Below are positions 47,781 through 47,853 of a stretch of 47,853 bases of DNA, in pieces (within the stretch, counting starts at the first letter, position 1; each line of letters begins with the position of its first letter). Under the pieces are notes generated by a model that had not been told where the DNA came from, ran no database searches, and saw nothing but the letters and a program-made list of their open reading frames with translations. The translations under genes were made by a program, and so were the position numbers. The stretch comes from an uncultured Sangeribacter sp. (GTDB lineage Bacteria > Bacteroidota > Bacteroidia > Bacteroidales > Muribaculaceae). Location: the NCBI GenBank assembly GCA_964622105.1, contig CAZUNU010000003.1, positions 1-47,853 on the forward strand, given 5' to 3'.

Positions 47781-47853
47781 AATTTACAATTTTAAAAGTG
47801 TCTTTCCCTGAAAAAAGTTGACTCATAAAAAACCAACTTTATGAGGCTAACAG

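Overview
Chromosomal window from a Bacteroidales bacterium. The TAnnTTTG promoters, AT-rich leaders without Shine-Dalgarno sites and gene content point there; Muribaculaceae is plausible but not proven. Most of the window is housekeeping or catabolic: 5' end of dnaE, ald, two tandem tricorn-like S41 proteases, a THF-dependent histidine utilisation operon, rhodanese, acyl-CoA ligase with an XRE-cupin regulator, a mirror-image pair of ECF sigma/anti-sigma/outer-membrane transducer modules, a DKNYY-type repeat protein, MGMT, DUF362, ahpF, SGNH esterases, an S9 peptidase, a six-hairpin glycosidase, GrpB, HdeD, a D-2-hydroxyacid dehydrogenase, a CDF metal exporter and crcB. The standout is 40124-46131, a candidate RRE-dependent RiPP-like system: HPr-kinase-like P-loop protein, soluble S24/S26 peptidase, PqqD/RRE, a 40-43 aa ORF missing from the ORF track (41802/41811-41933, MNETKIKKPYVKPEIEILNLELDQPILTGSYDFGDGGYWG, with a lasso-type YxxP leader motif), a fimbrillin-like lipoprotein, a nucleotidyltransferase and an ABC exporter. 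No lasso cyclase, transglutaminase-like B2 protease or radical SAM gene is present in the window. All family assignments come from motif recognition by eye; no database searches were run.
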